DNA of 63,992 bases, filler included, from an uncultured Methanosarcinales archaeon (GTDB lineage: Archaea; Nanobdellota; Nanobdellia; Woesearchaeales; JACPBV01), in NCBI GenBank assembly GCA_964492935.1. It is 3 parts of 3 records of this genome, joined end to end, with 100 filler letters (N's around TTAATTAATTAA, not from the genome) between each part and the next. Parts side by side here need not be neighbours in the genome. Positions count along the whole stretch, not along the records: positions 1 to 22,430 come from CAZBLF010000018.1; positions 22,531 to 44,351 come from CAZBLF010000019.1; 1 more part is not named here. One strand, 5' to 3'. The notes beneath the pieces are model-generated. The model was not told the DNA's origin, did not search any database, and was given only the letters and a program-made list of their open reading frames with translations. The translations under genes were made by a program, and so were the position numbers. Positions 21,463-29,875 of this stretch are shown piece after piece; the first letter of the stretch is position 1; each line of letters begins with the position of its first letter.

Positions 21463-21742
21463 ACTTAGTGTGAAGAATTATTACTACTATTTAAGAGTAA
21501 CCTATTAATTATTATCTGTAGGTGGTAACTCTATCTCTCCCACAATTACTCTAATTTGTTCGCTTTTTTCTATTATTCTCTTCATTTTTTCCATTAATCA
21601 CTTTCTTTTTTCTACTCTCCACTTTAATTTCAATTATTTTTCTTTTTTATTTTCTATCTTTATTTGCTTTTTTTCTTTTATTAAATAGATATCTTTAAAT
21701 AGTCACTTAGTAATATCTATCTTTAATTAGATAAAATCGAAC

Positions 21743-22264
21743 ATGTTATCCTTTAGCAAGAATGAGTTTGTCATAGTAGGGTTTTTGGTTAGACATTTTT
21801 CTGCACGATTTACGATACGAGATGTGGCTTCGAAACTTTCCATTTCTGCTCCCGGGGCGCACGCCGCGTTGAAGAAACTTGAGAAGAATGGGCTTGTTGT
21901 TGCTGAAAAACTGGGATCCGGGCTTTTTTACTCGGTAAATTTTGGTTCGTCGCTGGCTGAGCACTTTGCGGCGATGACTTTGTTGTCTGGTGTTGCTTTA
22001 GATGCTGTTTCTGGGCTAGAGGATTATGCTGAAGCTGCATTGTATAACGGAAAGACGGTTGTTGTAATCAGTTCTGAGTCGGAGCAGGTGAAAAATATTG
22101 TTCATGAGCAGAAGCCGAATGCGGTTGTTGTTTGTTTATCGGCTGATGAGTTTGTTGGTGCCTTAAGAGATGATGCTTCTGGTGTTTTGAAGGTTTTGGA
22201 AGAGGGTAATGTGTTGATGGGAGAGGGAATTATTTTGAAAGCTATTTCCGAGGTTAGGAGATGA
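21743..22264 (+). CDS. winged-helix transcriptional regulator
   Basis: FTIRDVASKLSISAPGAHAALKKLEKNGLV HTH plus wing. Confidence 0.8.
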   Translation: MLSFSKNEFVIVGFLVRHFSARFTIRDVASKLSISAPGAHAALKKLEKNGLVVAEKLGSGLFYSVNFGSSLAEHFAAMTLLSGVALDAVSGLEDYAEAALYNGKTVVVISSESEQVKNIVHEQKPNAVVVCLSADEFVGALRDDASGVLKVLEEGNVLMGEGIILKAISEVRR

Positions 22265-22430
22265 ATAGGAACACGCGCTTGATTGTGCTGGTGTTGGTAG
22301 CTGCTGTACTTGTTACCTCGGTACAGGCTGCTACTGTTTCGGAGGCGTTTTCCGGTGCATTGAATACTATTGAGAATTTCTTTGCTGGTGGATGGCAGCA
22401 GCATGAGAAGTCTTTAGCGTTTATGATTGT
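22261..22430 (+). CDS. partial secreted or membrane protein truncated by the contig end
   Basis: Signal-peptide-like MNRNTRLIVLVLVAAVLVTSVQA; runs into Ns. Confidence 0.6.
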
Positions 22431-22530
22431 NNNNNNNNNNNNNNNNNNNNNNNNNNNNNNNNNNNNNNNNNNNNTTAATTAATTAANNNNNNNNNNNNNN
22501 NNNNNNNNNNNNNNNNNNNNNNNNNNNNNN
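22431..22530. other. artificial contig-joining spacer
   Basis: N44-TTAATTAATTAA-N44, stop codons in all six frames. Confidence 0.95.
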
Positions 22531-23843
22531 ACCTTCTCACTATCAAACGCCTCTAATTGGGAATACTCCTGTCCAACACCCAAATACAGAATAGGTTTGC
22601 CCGAAACATATGAAGCCGAAATCATGGCCCCGCCCTTTTCATCAACATCCGCTTTCGTCAAGATAATACCATCAATACCTACAGCCGAGTTAAACTGCTG
22701 CACCTGTTCAACACAATCATTTCCAGCAATCGCCTCTCCAACGTAAATCTTCAAGTCCGGTGTGGCAACCCGAATAATTTTCTTAAGTTCTGCCATCAAA
22801 TTATCATTATTCTGCATCCTACCTGCAGTATCAATCAAAACAACATCCGCATCCTTCGCTTTCGCATGTTTAATCGCATCAAATGCAACCGCAGCCGGAT
22901 CGCTTCCATAATCATGTTTAATCAATTTAACATCTATCTTATCCGCATGCTCCTGCAGCTGGTGAATACTAGCAGCTCGAAACGTATCGCCAGCAGCCAA
23001 AACCACATTCTTACCCTGTTCCTTCAGCATATGCGCAACCTTTGCAATCGAAGTCGTCTTTCCAGAACCATTAATCCCAACAAAACAAATGACATACGGC
23101 TTCTTTTCAGAAATCTTAGCCAGCAAATCAATAGAATCCACAGATAACACGTCCGATATCGAAGTTTTCAACGTCTCTCGAATCGTCTCCTCAATCTTCG
23201 TCCTTTTTAGCGGCTGCTCAACCAACACTTTCGATAAATCCTCTTTAATTTTATCAATAACTTCAACCGCAACATTATTTTCCAGCATACTCATCTCTAA
23301 TTCCTGAAATAAGTCTTCAAATTTATCCTGTGAAATCGTAGTAGTAGTAACCTTCTTTGCCAATCCTGCAGTAAGCTTCTTGAAAAACCCCTTTTTCTCC
23401 TCAACGGGTTCTTCAACCTTTTCTTCAACGGGAGTTTCCTCAACAACCTCCTCTACAACCGGTTCAGGGATAACTTCCTCAACCTTGTCTTCAACAACCG
23501 GCTCATCAACAACTTCTTCTTTCGGAGCCTCTTCAACCTTCTCCTCAACCAGAAGCTCATCAACATCATCCTCAGTAACACCCTCGCCAATCACCGAAGG
23601 CTTAACAACTTCAGTCTGCTCCCGTTCAACAGGACCAGGTGTAATAACTTCAACCTTTTCCTCAACCTCAGGAGTTTTCTCTTCAACCTTCTCTTCTACA
23701 ACCGGAGCCTCTTCAACCGGCTCAACTACAGGTTCAACAACTTCCTCTACTTCAGAAACCTTCTCCTCAACAGGCTCTTCCTCAATCTTACCCGTTAACT
23801 TAGAAATGCCTTCCTTTATTTTTTTCTTAAGAAATCCAAACAT
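22531..23843 (-). CDS. ftsY: SRP receptor FtsY with a long acidic N-terminal region (3' end truncated)
   Basis: Start MFGFLKKK at 23843; GINGSGKTT, DTFRAA, DTAGR, TKAD, KGG motifs. Confidence 0.96.
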
Positions 23844-23850
23844 GAGGCAC

Positions 23851-24258
23851 CTATTTAGCCATACCCTGCAGCTGCTGATCAAGAGCCTGAGCCTGCACCA
23901 TAAACGCCTGCAATCGTCCCACAATCTTCTGATGCAGTTCCTGCAATTCAGTAAGCTGATCCTGCAGTATTTTCTTAGCCTGTTCCGGAGTTTTATCAAC
24001 AATCGCCTGCGCCCCAATATTCACCAGCAATTTCTGAGGGTTCTGTAACGTTGCTTTAGCAAAAATACCATTAGATACCGGAAACAACACCTCGTCTCCC
24101 TTACTTAATTTCTCAAATTCCTCTAAACCGTTAGACGACATAGCCAAATCTTCAAGCTGCTGCTCCACCATCTGGCGCTGTTCCTGTAATTGTTCTAAGT
24201 GCTGCTGCATCTGCTGCATTTCCTGCATTCGTTCCTGCATCTCTTGTTCTTTGCTCAT
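23851..24258 (-). CDS. pfdA: prefoldin alpha subunit
   Basis: Coiled coils flanking VLFPVSNGIF...LLVNIGA; usual position upstream of ftsY. Confidence 0.92.
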   Translation of the reverse strand: MSKEQEMQERMQEMQQMQQHLEQLQEQRQMVEQQLEDLAMSSNGLEEFEKLSKGDEVLFPVSNGIFAKATLQNPQKLLVNIGAQAIVDKTPEQAKKILQDQLTELQELHQKIVGRLQAFMVQAQALDQQLQGMAK

Positions 24259-25223
24259 TTTTTTGTAGTTATCCTCGCTTTCATTTCATCAAAAAAGTCA
24301 CCCATAGAGGTTCCTTCATAAATTTTCTTCAGTGAGCCTGCCAAAATCTCAGCAAGCGAGATCACTTCAAGCTTCGCAAACCGCTTATCCTTCGGAATAG
24401 CAATACTATTTGTTACCCCGACCATCGAAATAAAGTCCTGATCTAATTTCGATACCGCATCCGCCGAAAACAAAGCGTGCGTCGCAATAATACAGGCCTC
24501 AACCGCGCCAGCCTCCTTAACCGCCTTAGCCGCATTCGAAATCGTACCAGCAGTATCAATAATGTCATCCACCAGAATAGCAAATTTACCCTTGACCTCT
24601 CCAATAATGTTCAAAGCCTCAGCCTGACCATGTCCGGTCCTTCGCTTGTCAATGATAGCAATAGGAGCATCCAATTCTCGAGCCAATCTTCGAGCTCTTT
24701 TAGCGCCACCCACATCCGGAGCAACAACAACAATGTCCTTTTTACCCTTACCTAACAAATAATCAGCAAATAACAAAGTAGTTTCTAAATTATCAACAGG
24801 AATATCAAAGAATCCCTGAATCTGGTCTGCGTGAAGATCAAATGTAATCAATCGATGCGCTCCAGCACCCTCAATCATGTTTGCAACAACACGCGCAGAA
24901 ATAGGCTCTCGAGGAAGCGTCTTTCGATCCTGGCGCGAATAACCAAAGTAAGGCACAACAACATTAATCTCCTTTGCAGAACTTCTCTTCAAAGCATCAA
25001 TAATCAACAATAATTCCATCAACGTATCGTTGGTAGGTGGTGAAGTAGGCTGAATAACAAAAACACGCATCCCGCGAACACTCTTTCCAATCCGAACATA
25101 CATCTCACCATCGGCAAACTGCTTAACCTCAATCGGATGCAATGCTATCTTCAGCTTACCTGCAATATCCTCAGCAAGCTCCTGGTTCGCACTTCCCGCA
25201 ATCAAAACCATCTCTTTAGCCAT
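24255..25223 (-). CDS. prs: ribose-phosphate pyrophosphokinase
   Basis: FADGE, YSRQDR, DLHA, PDVGG, VDDIIDTAGT motifs. Confidence 0.96.
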   Translation of the reverse strand: MAKEMVLIAGSANQELAEDIAGKLKIALHPIEVKQFADGEMYVRIGKSVRGMRVFVIQPTSPPTNDTLMELLLIIDALKRSSAKEINVVVPYFGYSRQDRKTLPREPISARVVANMIEGAGAHRLITFDLHADQIQGFFDIPVDNLETTLLFADYLLGKGKKDIVVVAPDVGGAKRARRLARELDAPIAIIDKRRTGHGQAEALNIIGEVKGKFAILVDDIIDTAGTISNAAKAVKEAGAVEACIIATHALFSADAVSKLDQDFISMVGVTNSIAIPKDKRFAKLEVISLAEILAGSLKKIYEGTSMGDFFDEMKARITTKK

Positions 25224-25289
25224 AAGTATCTAAGAAACCCGAACGATAACACTTTTAAAAAGGTTTCTGAACGACAGTGAAGAAACCCA

Positions 25290-25378
25290 GAAAACCCGAA
25301 TAAACAGTCTGTTGGTTTTCGCTGGTTTGGTATGAGGCATACCAAACGTGAGAGAATTTCTAATTCTCGCTGGCTTTT
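25290..25378. repeat. REP-like multi-hairpin element (related copy at 29399-29447)
   Basis: GAAAACC..GGTTTTC-GCTGG-TTTGGTATG agg CATACCAAACG-tg-AGAGAAT ttcta ATTCTC-GCTGGCTTT. Confidence 0.7.
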
Positions 25379-25391
25379 TGGAGAATAAAGA

Positions 25392-26210
25392 TTACTTACT
25401 ATCTTCCTTTTCTTCTTCAGCAACTTCTTCTTCCACAACAATATCCGTCTGCGGCTCTCCCTCTCGTAAACTCACCACAAAATCGCCAAAATGCTGTTCC
25501 TGGTGCAAGTCAACGCGCTGCGCAGTAGCTAAATGCAATAAAGGCATGAACGTATCGATTTTCCCCTCTTTATCCGCATTCTCCGGCAGCAACTCAGAGA
25601 ACATCAACTTATTTTTAGGAGTATCCCAAAAGAATTTCTTTACCGTACCATACACGTCCTTAATGATTGCCGAAATATCCTTTTTCCGAGAAGGTATCAA
25701 CACATGCGTAGGCGGCTCACTCTGCAGCACCCTTCTTCTCTTCACCTCAAGAGCCTTCTCCAATGCCTGCATCAAATCATGGATAGACACCTTGCGCTTT
25801 CGTGGTTGCGGCGTTTTCGGTATCAAATCCTTAGGAATGTGTTCAGCAGCTCTCGGACCAATATCATCTTCCAAGTCCAGCAAATCATCCTCCTCATCCT
25901 GTTGAGATATCAGTCTATCCAAATATTCAATATCCTCTCCCACCAAACGATTTGATTTAATCTTCAACAGAATGGCGGCCGCAAGCAGCATCTTTCCAGA
26001 AATCTTCAAATCATGCTCCTTCAAGGTTTTTACGGTCTCAATATACCGCCGAGTAATCGTAGACACATCAACATCCCAAGGATCCATCTCCTCACTCTTC
26101 ACCAACTCCTTCAACACAGACTGCCAAGTAATCTCATCCTTCTGCAGCAACATCTCATAAATATGATCATGTGCAGGCTTACTAGAGTCCAAGTTCAATA
26201 CCGCATCCAT
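25392..26210 (-). CDS. scpA: segregation and condensation protein A (kleisin)
   Basis: MDPWDVDV, SGKMLLAAAILLKIKS, FMPLLHLA, QEQHFGD motifs. Confidence 0.92.
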   Translation of the reverse strand: MDAVLNLDSSKPAHDHIYEMLLQKDEITWQSVLKELVKSEEMDPWDVDVSTITRRYIETVKTLKEHDLKISGKMLLAAAILLKIKSNRLVGEDIEYLDRLISQQDEEDDLLDLEDDIGPRAAEHIPKDLIPKTPQPRKRKVSIHDLMQALEKALEVKRRRVLQSEPPTHVLIPSRKKDISAIIKDVYGTVKKFFWDTPKNKLMFSELLPENADKEGKIDTFMPLLHLATAQRVDLHQEQHFGDFVVSLREGEPQTDIVVEEEVAEEEKEDSK

Positions 26211-26299
26211 ACCTAAATGCTTAATTTCAAAATATAAAAACCTTCCCCTATAAGCTTCCATAACCTTTTTATACCGCGAGCCGATTCTTTGAAGCTATT

Positions 26300-26372
26300 G
26301 GGCCCATGGTTTAGCGGCTATAACGTCGCCCTTACAAGGCGAATGTCACCGGTTCGATTCCGGTTGGGCCCA
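26300..26372 (+). tRNA. tRNA-Val(TAC)
   Basis: Cloverleaf GGGCCCA...TCGCC CT TAC AA GGCGA...GGTTCGATTCC...TGGGCCCA. Confidence 0.95.
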
Positions 26373-26376
26373 TTTT

Positions 26377-26448
26377 GCGGCAGTTGTCCAGTGGTTAAGA
26401 TACGACGTTGCCAACGTTGTGACCTGAGTTCAATTCTCAGCTGCCGCA
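26377..26448 (+). tRNA. tRNA-Gly(GCC)
   Basis: Cloverleaf GCGGCAG...CGACG TT GCC AA CGTTG...CTGCCGCA; 4 nt after tRNA-Val. Confidence 0.93.
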
Positions 26449-26482
26449 TTCACTTTTCTTTCCATCTTTTCCTCTTTGGGTC

Positions 26483-26581
26483 CTAGCCCGTCGGAGTTGT
26501 GAAACAACTCTGAGCGTGATCAGGATGCTCTGCATCCCGACATTTCGTAAAGGCTAGTTTCACAGCTGCCGCATTCACTTT
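26483..26581 (+). repeat. multi-hairpin module followed by a 19-bp copy of the tRNA-Gly 3' end
   Basis: CAGCTGCCGCATTCACTTT at 26438-26456 and 26563-26581; stems CTAGCC:GGCTAG, GTCGG:CCGAC, GAGTTGT:ACAACTC, GGATGC:GCATCC. Confidence 0.85.
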
Positions 26582-26642
26582 CTTTCGAACGTTTCAAGGT
26601 TCAATCAATAATATTATATAGTAATCTGATCAAGTTGCTAGT

Positions 26643-27428
26643 ATGGGATTCTATAATCGAATGAGGATCGATCAAAAAAAGCTTGATAGGATAAAAAGCA
26701 AAATACCCTCAGTTTTGGATAAGATGCTCCAATTTCATCGAGTCAAATTGATGTTATCGAAACGCTTTAAGGAAGGAGAGTATGGTAGTGATGCTCTAAA
26801 GAGTAATCTCCAAAAATTTATAGAAGTTCTTGACAGGGAGAAAAGATTTAACAAAAGACTGGGAGGATATGTGACGAACTTGAAGTCATCTGAGGAGGAG
26901 ATCAAAAGACTCTTAGCCCGTGAAGCAGGAAGTGAAAAAGGAGAGATCCAGGGTCTTCTAATTGTACTTCTTGAAATTCTCGATTATCTGGTTTTCCACT
27001 TTAATAAGTACGGAAGCAACATAAAAAAAGAAAGAAAAATAGGTCAGCGTCTTTTAGATCAACCGAAGAGAAGATACCTTATATTCAAATATAATTATAA
27101 TGATGACTTGGAAAAACTTGACTCTATCTACAGAGAGGTTACTGGCGGTCTGGCCATCATAGTAGATACTTACGAAGAACGTTGTGAGGAAAAAATTCAA
27201 GAATTTATGGGGAAATGGAAGCGTGTTATGAGGGCAAAGAAACTGAAATATGGAATTTTCCCACTTGCAGTGGTAAGTATGACATTAACCACTACTATAG
27301 TATATATCTACAAAAACTATATCGTAAGAAAATTCGAGTTCTGGGGGGAATATGCAGCATCCAAGAAAGAAATTATTTCCAAAGTAGAAAAAAGAATAAT
27401 TGGGCCAAAACTGGAAACTAAAGTGTGA
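26643..27428 (+). CDS. hypothetical basic helical protein with one hydrophobic segment
   Basis: 261 aa ORF with a TATA-like element upstream. Confidence 0.7.
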   Translation: MGFYNRMRIDQKKLDRIKSKIPSVLDKMLQFHRVKLMLSKRFKEGEYGSDALKSNLQKFIEVLDREKRFNKRLGGYVTNLKSSEEEIKRLLAREAGSEKGEIQGLLIVLLEILDYLVFHFNKYGSNIKKERKIGQRLLDQPKRRYLIFKYNYNDDLEKLDSIYREVTGGLAIIVDTYEERCEEKIQEFMGKWKRVMRAKKLKYGIFPLAVVSMTLTTTIVYIYKNYIVRKFEFWGEYAASKKEIISKVEKRIIGPKLETKV

Positions 27429-27474
27429 CTCGAGAATCCTAAACCCTTAAATATTCCCAACACTCATTGCTGCC

Positions 27475-28011
27475 ATGGAAAGAGATCTAGCAGACGAAAT
27501 CCGAGAACTTGACCAACTCCCAGAACCCATCAAAATTCCGGAATGGCTAAAGAAAGCATTCCTACTCTTCCTAGGCATAACTCTACTCTACCTAGTCCTC
27601 ATCTATTTCATCCCCAGCACCTACATCATTGAATTTATTGCAGCAAGAGGCGCATCCGCAACAATACAAAACAATCAATTACAACACAGCGTAGCCTCCG
27701 TCTATTTCGAGAATAACACATTAGAACTATTGCAAAATGCATACAAAACAAGCGAAGGAAACGAAATCAAAGCCTGCCTCCAAGGAAGACAAAGAAGTAA
27801 CACTTACTATGTCACCAGCATCCACTTCCCAGAAATCCTCCATCAAGACTTCAAAAGCGTAATCGCGAAACCCTGCACCAAAGAAACAGTCATAGATTTA
27901 CACTCCCATCCATCCGGCAGATGCTTCTTCTCACCACATGATGTGAATGTAGCGACAAAACCCATGGCCATCATGTGCGGAATCAACACCTTCAATCTCT
28001 ACATCACTTAA
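27475..28011 (+). CDS. membrane-anchored JAB/MPN+ (JAMM) domain protein
   Basis: TM helix; upstream Glu in EIKACL; HSHPSGRCFFSPHD matches HxHx7Sx2D. Confidence 0.8.
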   Translation: MERDLADEIRELDQLPEPIKIPEWLKKAFLLFLGITLLYLVLIYFIPSTYIIEFIAARGASATIQNNQLQHSVASVYFENNTLELLQNAYKTSEGNEIKACLQGRQRSNTYYVTSIHFPEILHQDFKSVIAKPCTKETVIDLHSHPSGRCFFSPHDVNVATKPMAIMCGINTFNLYIT

Positions 28012-28694
28012 CGCTTCAGAATTTGCTCAGGTTTACCAAACATCTCCTCAAAGAGCTTCTTCTCGCCCTTCCGCAAATGTTCACGGAACGTAGATAACGA
28101 TTTACCTGCCTCCCCAGACAGCATCTGCAAATCCACCTTGCGAGGATAATTGTAATAGCCACGCTTAGCAGCAAGAGTAACTGCATCCTGCTGAGCAGAA
28201 GTCAAAGAAGGCATCACTTGCCCATATTCCTGCTGCAACGGCTGCGAAGCAATGTTCAAGACTTTAATATTCAAATGTTCCTTCTGCATCATCACCACAA
28301 AACCCCTCAACAACGATTCAGAACTTGAAGCCAACTCCCAATGTTCAACTCCGTCTTTATCCGTTTTAACAGGAGAAAAAAAGAAAATACCTTCAGGCAC
28401 CATCGAGCGAGGATGCTTTTCCAGAAGAGAAAGCTCCTGAGAGAAAAAAACAACATTGCCATCTACCTCAATATCCTTCAACGTAGAATCATTCTTCAAA
28501 TCCTCAACCAATAATTTCAAAGGCTGATCCTCACCCGTCAACGTCTCATAATACGAATACCGTGCCGTTTCAGAAGAAACAGAGAACGGCAACGTCATAC
28601 CCAACGAAGTAACCTTGTACCGCTCACACCGCTTACCCATAACAGAAAGATCATAACGTAACGTTAAACGTGCTACCCACATACAAAATATCAA
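28008..28694 (-). CDS. Bat-like (HTH_10) transcriptional regulator
   Basis: LTSAQQDAVTLAAKRGYYNYPRKVDL...STFREHLRKGEKKL. Confidence 0.88.
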   Translation of the reverse strand: MIFCMWVARLTLRYDLSVMGKRCERYKVTSLGMTLPFSVSSETARYSYYETLTGEDQPLKLLVEDLKNDSTLKDIEVDGNVVFFSQELSLLEKHPRSMVPEGIFFFSPVKTDKDGVEHWELASSSESLLRGFVVMMQKEHLNIKVLNIASQPLQQEYGQVMPSLTSAQQDAVTLAAKRGYYNYPRKVDLQMLSGEAGKSLSTFREHLRKGEKKLFEEMFGKPEQILKR

Positions 28695-28744
28695 GAATAC
28701 ACAATATTTAAAGGTTTTGAAAGAAAATTTTCAATTTTTGTAAC

Positions 28745-29023
28745 TTACCCTAAAGCTCTACGAACGCCAGTACATTCGCATGACTGAACGCCTTCAATTT
28801 CTTTTAAGCTAGCTTCAACTTCGTCAGGACTTCCTTTGTCCTCATCATACGCAAACGTAATATTCAAAGCCTTCAAACCAAAAGCAATCGGTTCAACCTC
28901 GATTTCCATCTTAGTTTCACCAGCAAATGCAGTAACCTTTTCTTTAACGCTGCCTTGAACAGAATCCAAATCTACATCAGGAGATTCAGGCATAATCTTT
29001 AACGTTACAATAACCAATCCCAT
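28745..29023 (-). CDS. ef1b: elongation factor 1-beta
   Basis: KIMPESPDVDL and EPIAFGLKAL motifs. Confidence 0.95.
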   Translation of the reverse strand: MGLVIVTLKIMPESPDVDLDSVQGSVKEKVTAFAGETKMEIEVEPIAFGLKALNITFAYDEDKGSPDEVEASLKEIEGVQSCECTGVRRALG

Positions 29024-29024
29024 C

Positions 29025-29195
29025 TTAGTTTGGTCCTAGAAAACCGCATTCCGGGCAGGTATATTGTGCACCCAACTTGCGTGCGTGAGAACTTCGTACA
29101 ATTTGAAAATTACATCCAGGGCAGGGAAACTTAACGCTGCCTCTAGCATTAGTAATGCGTTCGTGCTTAGTAGTACATTCAGGATGTTCAGTCAT
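29025..29195 (-). CDS. DUF1610-type Zn-ribbon protein, 56 aa, not in the ORF track
   Basis: MTEHPECTTK...FPCPGC...YTCPECGFLGPN; usual position upstream of ef1b. Confidence 0.88.
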   Translation of the reverse strand: MTEHPECTTKHERITNARGSVKFPCPGCNFQIVRSSHARKLGAQYTCPECGFLGPN

Positions 29196-29299
29196 CTTTT
29201 AGCTATATTCCTCTTACGCTTTTCCTTTCTCATGCGCTTTCGCTGCCATTTCCAACGCATCTGGCGCTTTTTCTTCCATCTTCGTGAACTTCTTTTCAT
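29192..29299 (-). CDS. rpl41e: ribosomal protein L41e, 35 aa, not in the ORF track
   Basis: MKRSSRRWKKKRQMRWKWQRKRMRKEKRKRNIAKR. Confidence 0.88.
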   Translation of the reverse strand: MKRSSRRWKKKRQMRWKWQRKRMRKEKRKRNIAKR

Positions 29300-29398
29300 G
29301 TGTTGTTATCTTCAGGAACCTAGTCCTTTAAAACCTCATTAACTTGAATGTAAACTCAGAAAACGCAACTCGTTTAAAAAGCTTTGGTAACAAAACCA

Positions 29399-29447
29399 AG
29401 AGAATGTCTCATTCTCGCTGGCTTTGGGATGGTTTCATCCCAAACGC
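29399..29447. repeat. REP-like double hairpin related to 25290-25378
   Basis: AGAGAAT gtctc ATTCTC-GCTGGC-TTTGGGATG gttt CATCCCAAACG. Confidence 0.72.
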
Positions 29448-29481
29448 CTAGCTTTATAATGATACTCCTAACTTCAAGACC

Positions 29482-29823
29482 ATGGATTACATAGTAAAGC
29501 GCCTGGAACGTGAAGATAATATAGATTCAATTGCAGAACATGAAATGGTTGAACTCCACTACTTGGAGCAGATCCGGAAGGGAACGCTAACAAGGTATCT
29601 AGAATTACATTGGCAGACGGGAGCGGTGAGAAGTCAAGCGATAGATGATCCATTCGCTGAAACCTATACGTACGACTTCCTAGTCGAAGAAGCAAGACAA
29701 CTAAGAAGTTTTCTAAAAGAGACGTTCCAGTGGGATTACCATCCAGATATCAGGGGATTCTCAAATAAAGGCGAAGCAACCCAAAAGTTATTTGGAAGCC
29801 TCCTAGATGATATAGATTTGTAA
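29482..29823 (+). CDS. hypothetical protein
   Basis: 113 aa ORF with TTTATAA upstream. Confidence 0.65.
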   Translation: MDYIVKRLEREDNIDSIAEHEMVELHYLEQIRKGTLTRYLELHWQTGAVRSQAIDDPFAETYTYDFLVEEARQLRSFLKETFQWDYHPDIRGFSNKGEATQKLFGSLLDDIDL

Positions 29824-29875
29824 ACTAGGAACAATAAAGGATGCATTTAAATAATATACACAGTTAGGTTTTCTT

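Noticed and set aside
21540..21685. Long pyrimidine/T-rich tract as an origin or ncRNA
   Set aside because: No ORB-like repeats, no cdc6/orc gene and no stable structure; reads as a low-complexity spacer between divergent promoters
22475..22486. TTAATTAATTAA palindrome, repeated at 44396-44407
   Set aside because: Centred in identical N-runs; an artificial six-frame-stop linker
23844..24017. N-terminal extension of FtsY in the ORF track
   Set aside because: Overlaps pfdA out of frame; the likely start is MFGFLKK at 23843
23380..24048. 222-aa Ser/Thr-rich ORF on the + strand
   Set aside because: Antisense shadow of the Glu/Val/Pro-rich FtsY N-terminus
26449..28700. Genomic island integrated at tRNA-Gly
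   Set aside because: The second direct repeat is only 125 bp away and no integrase is present
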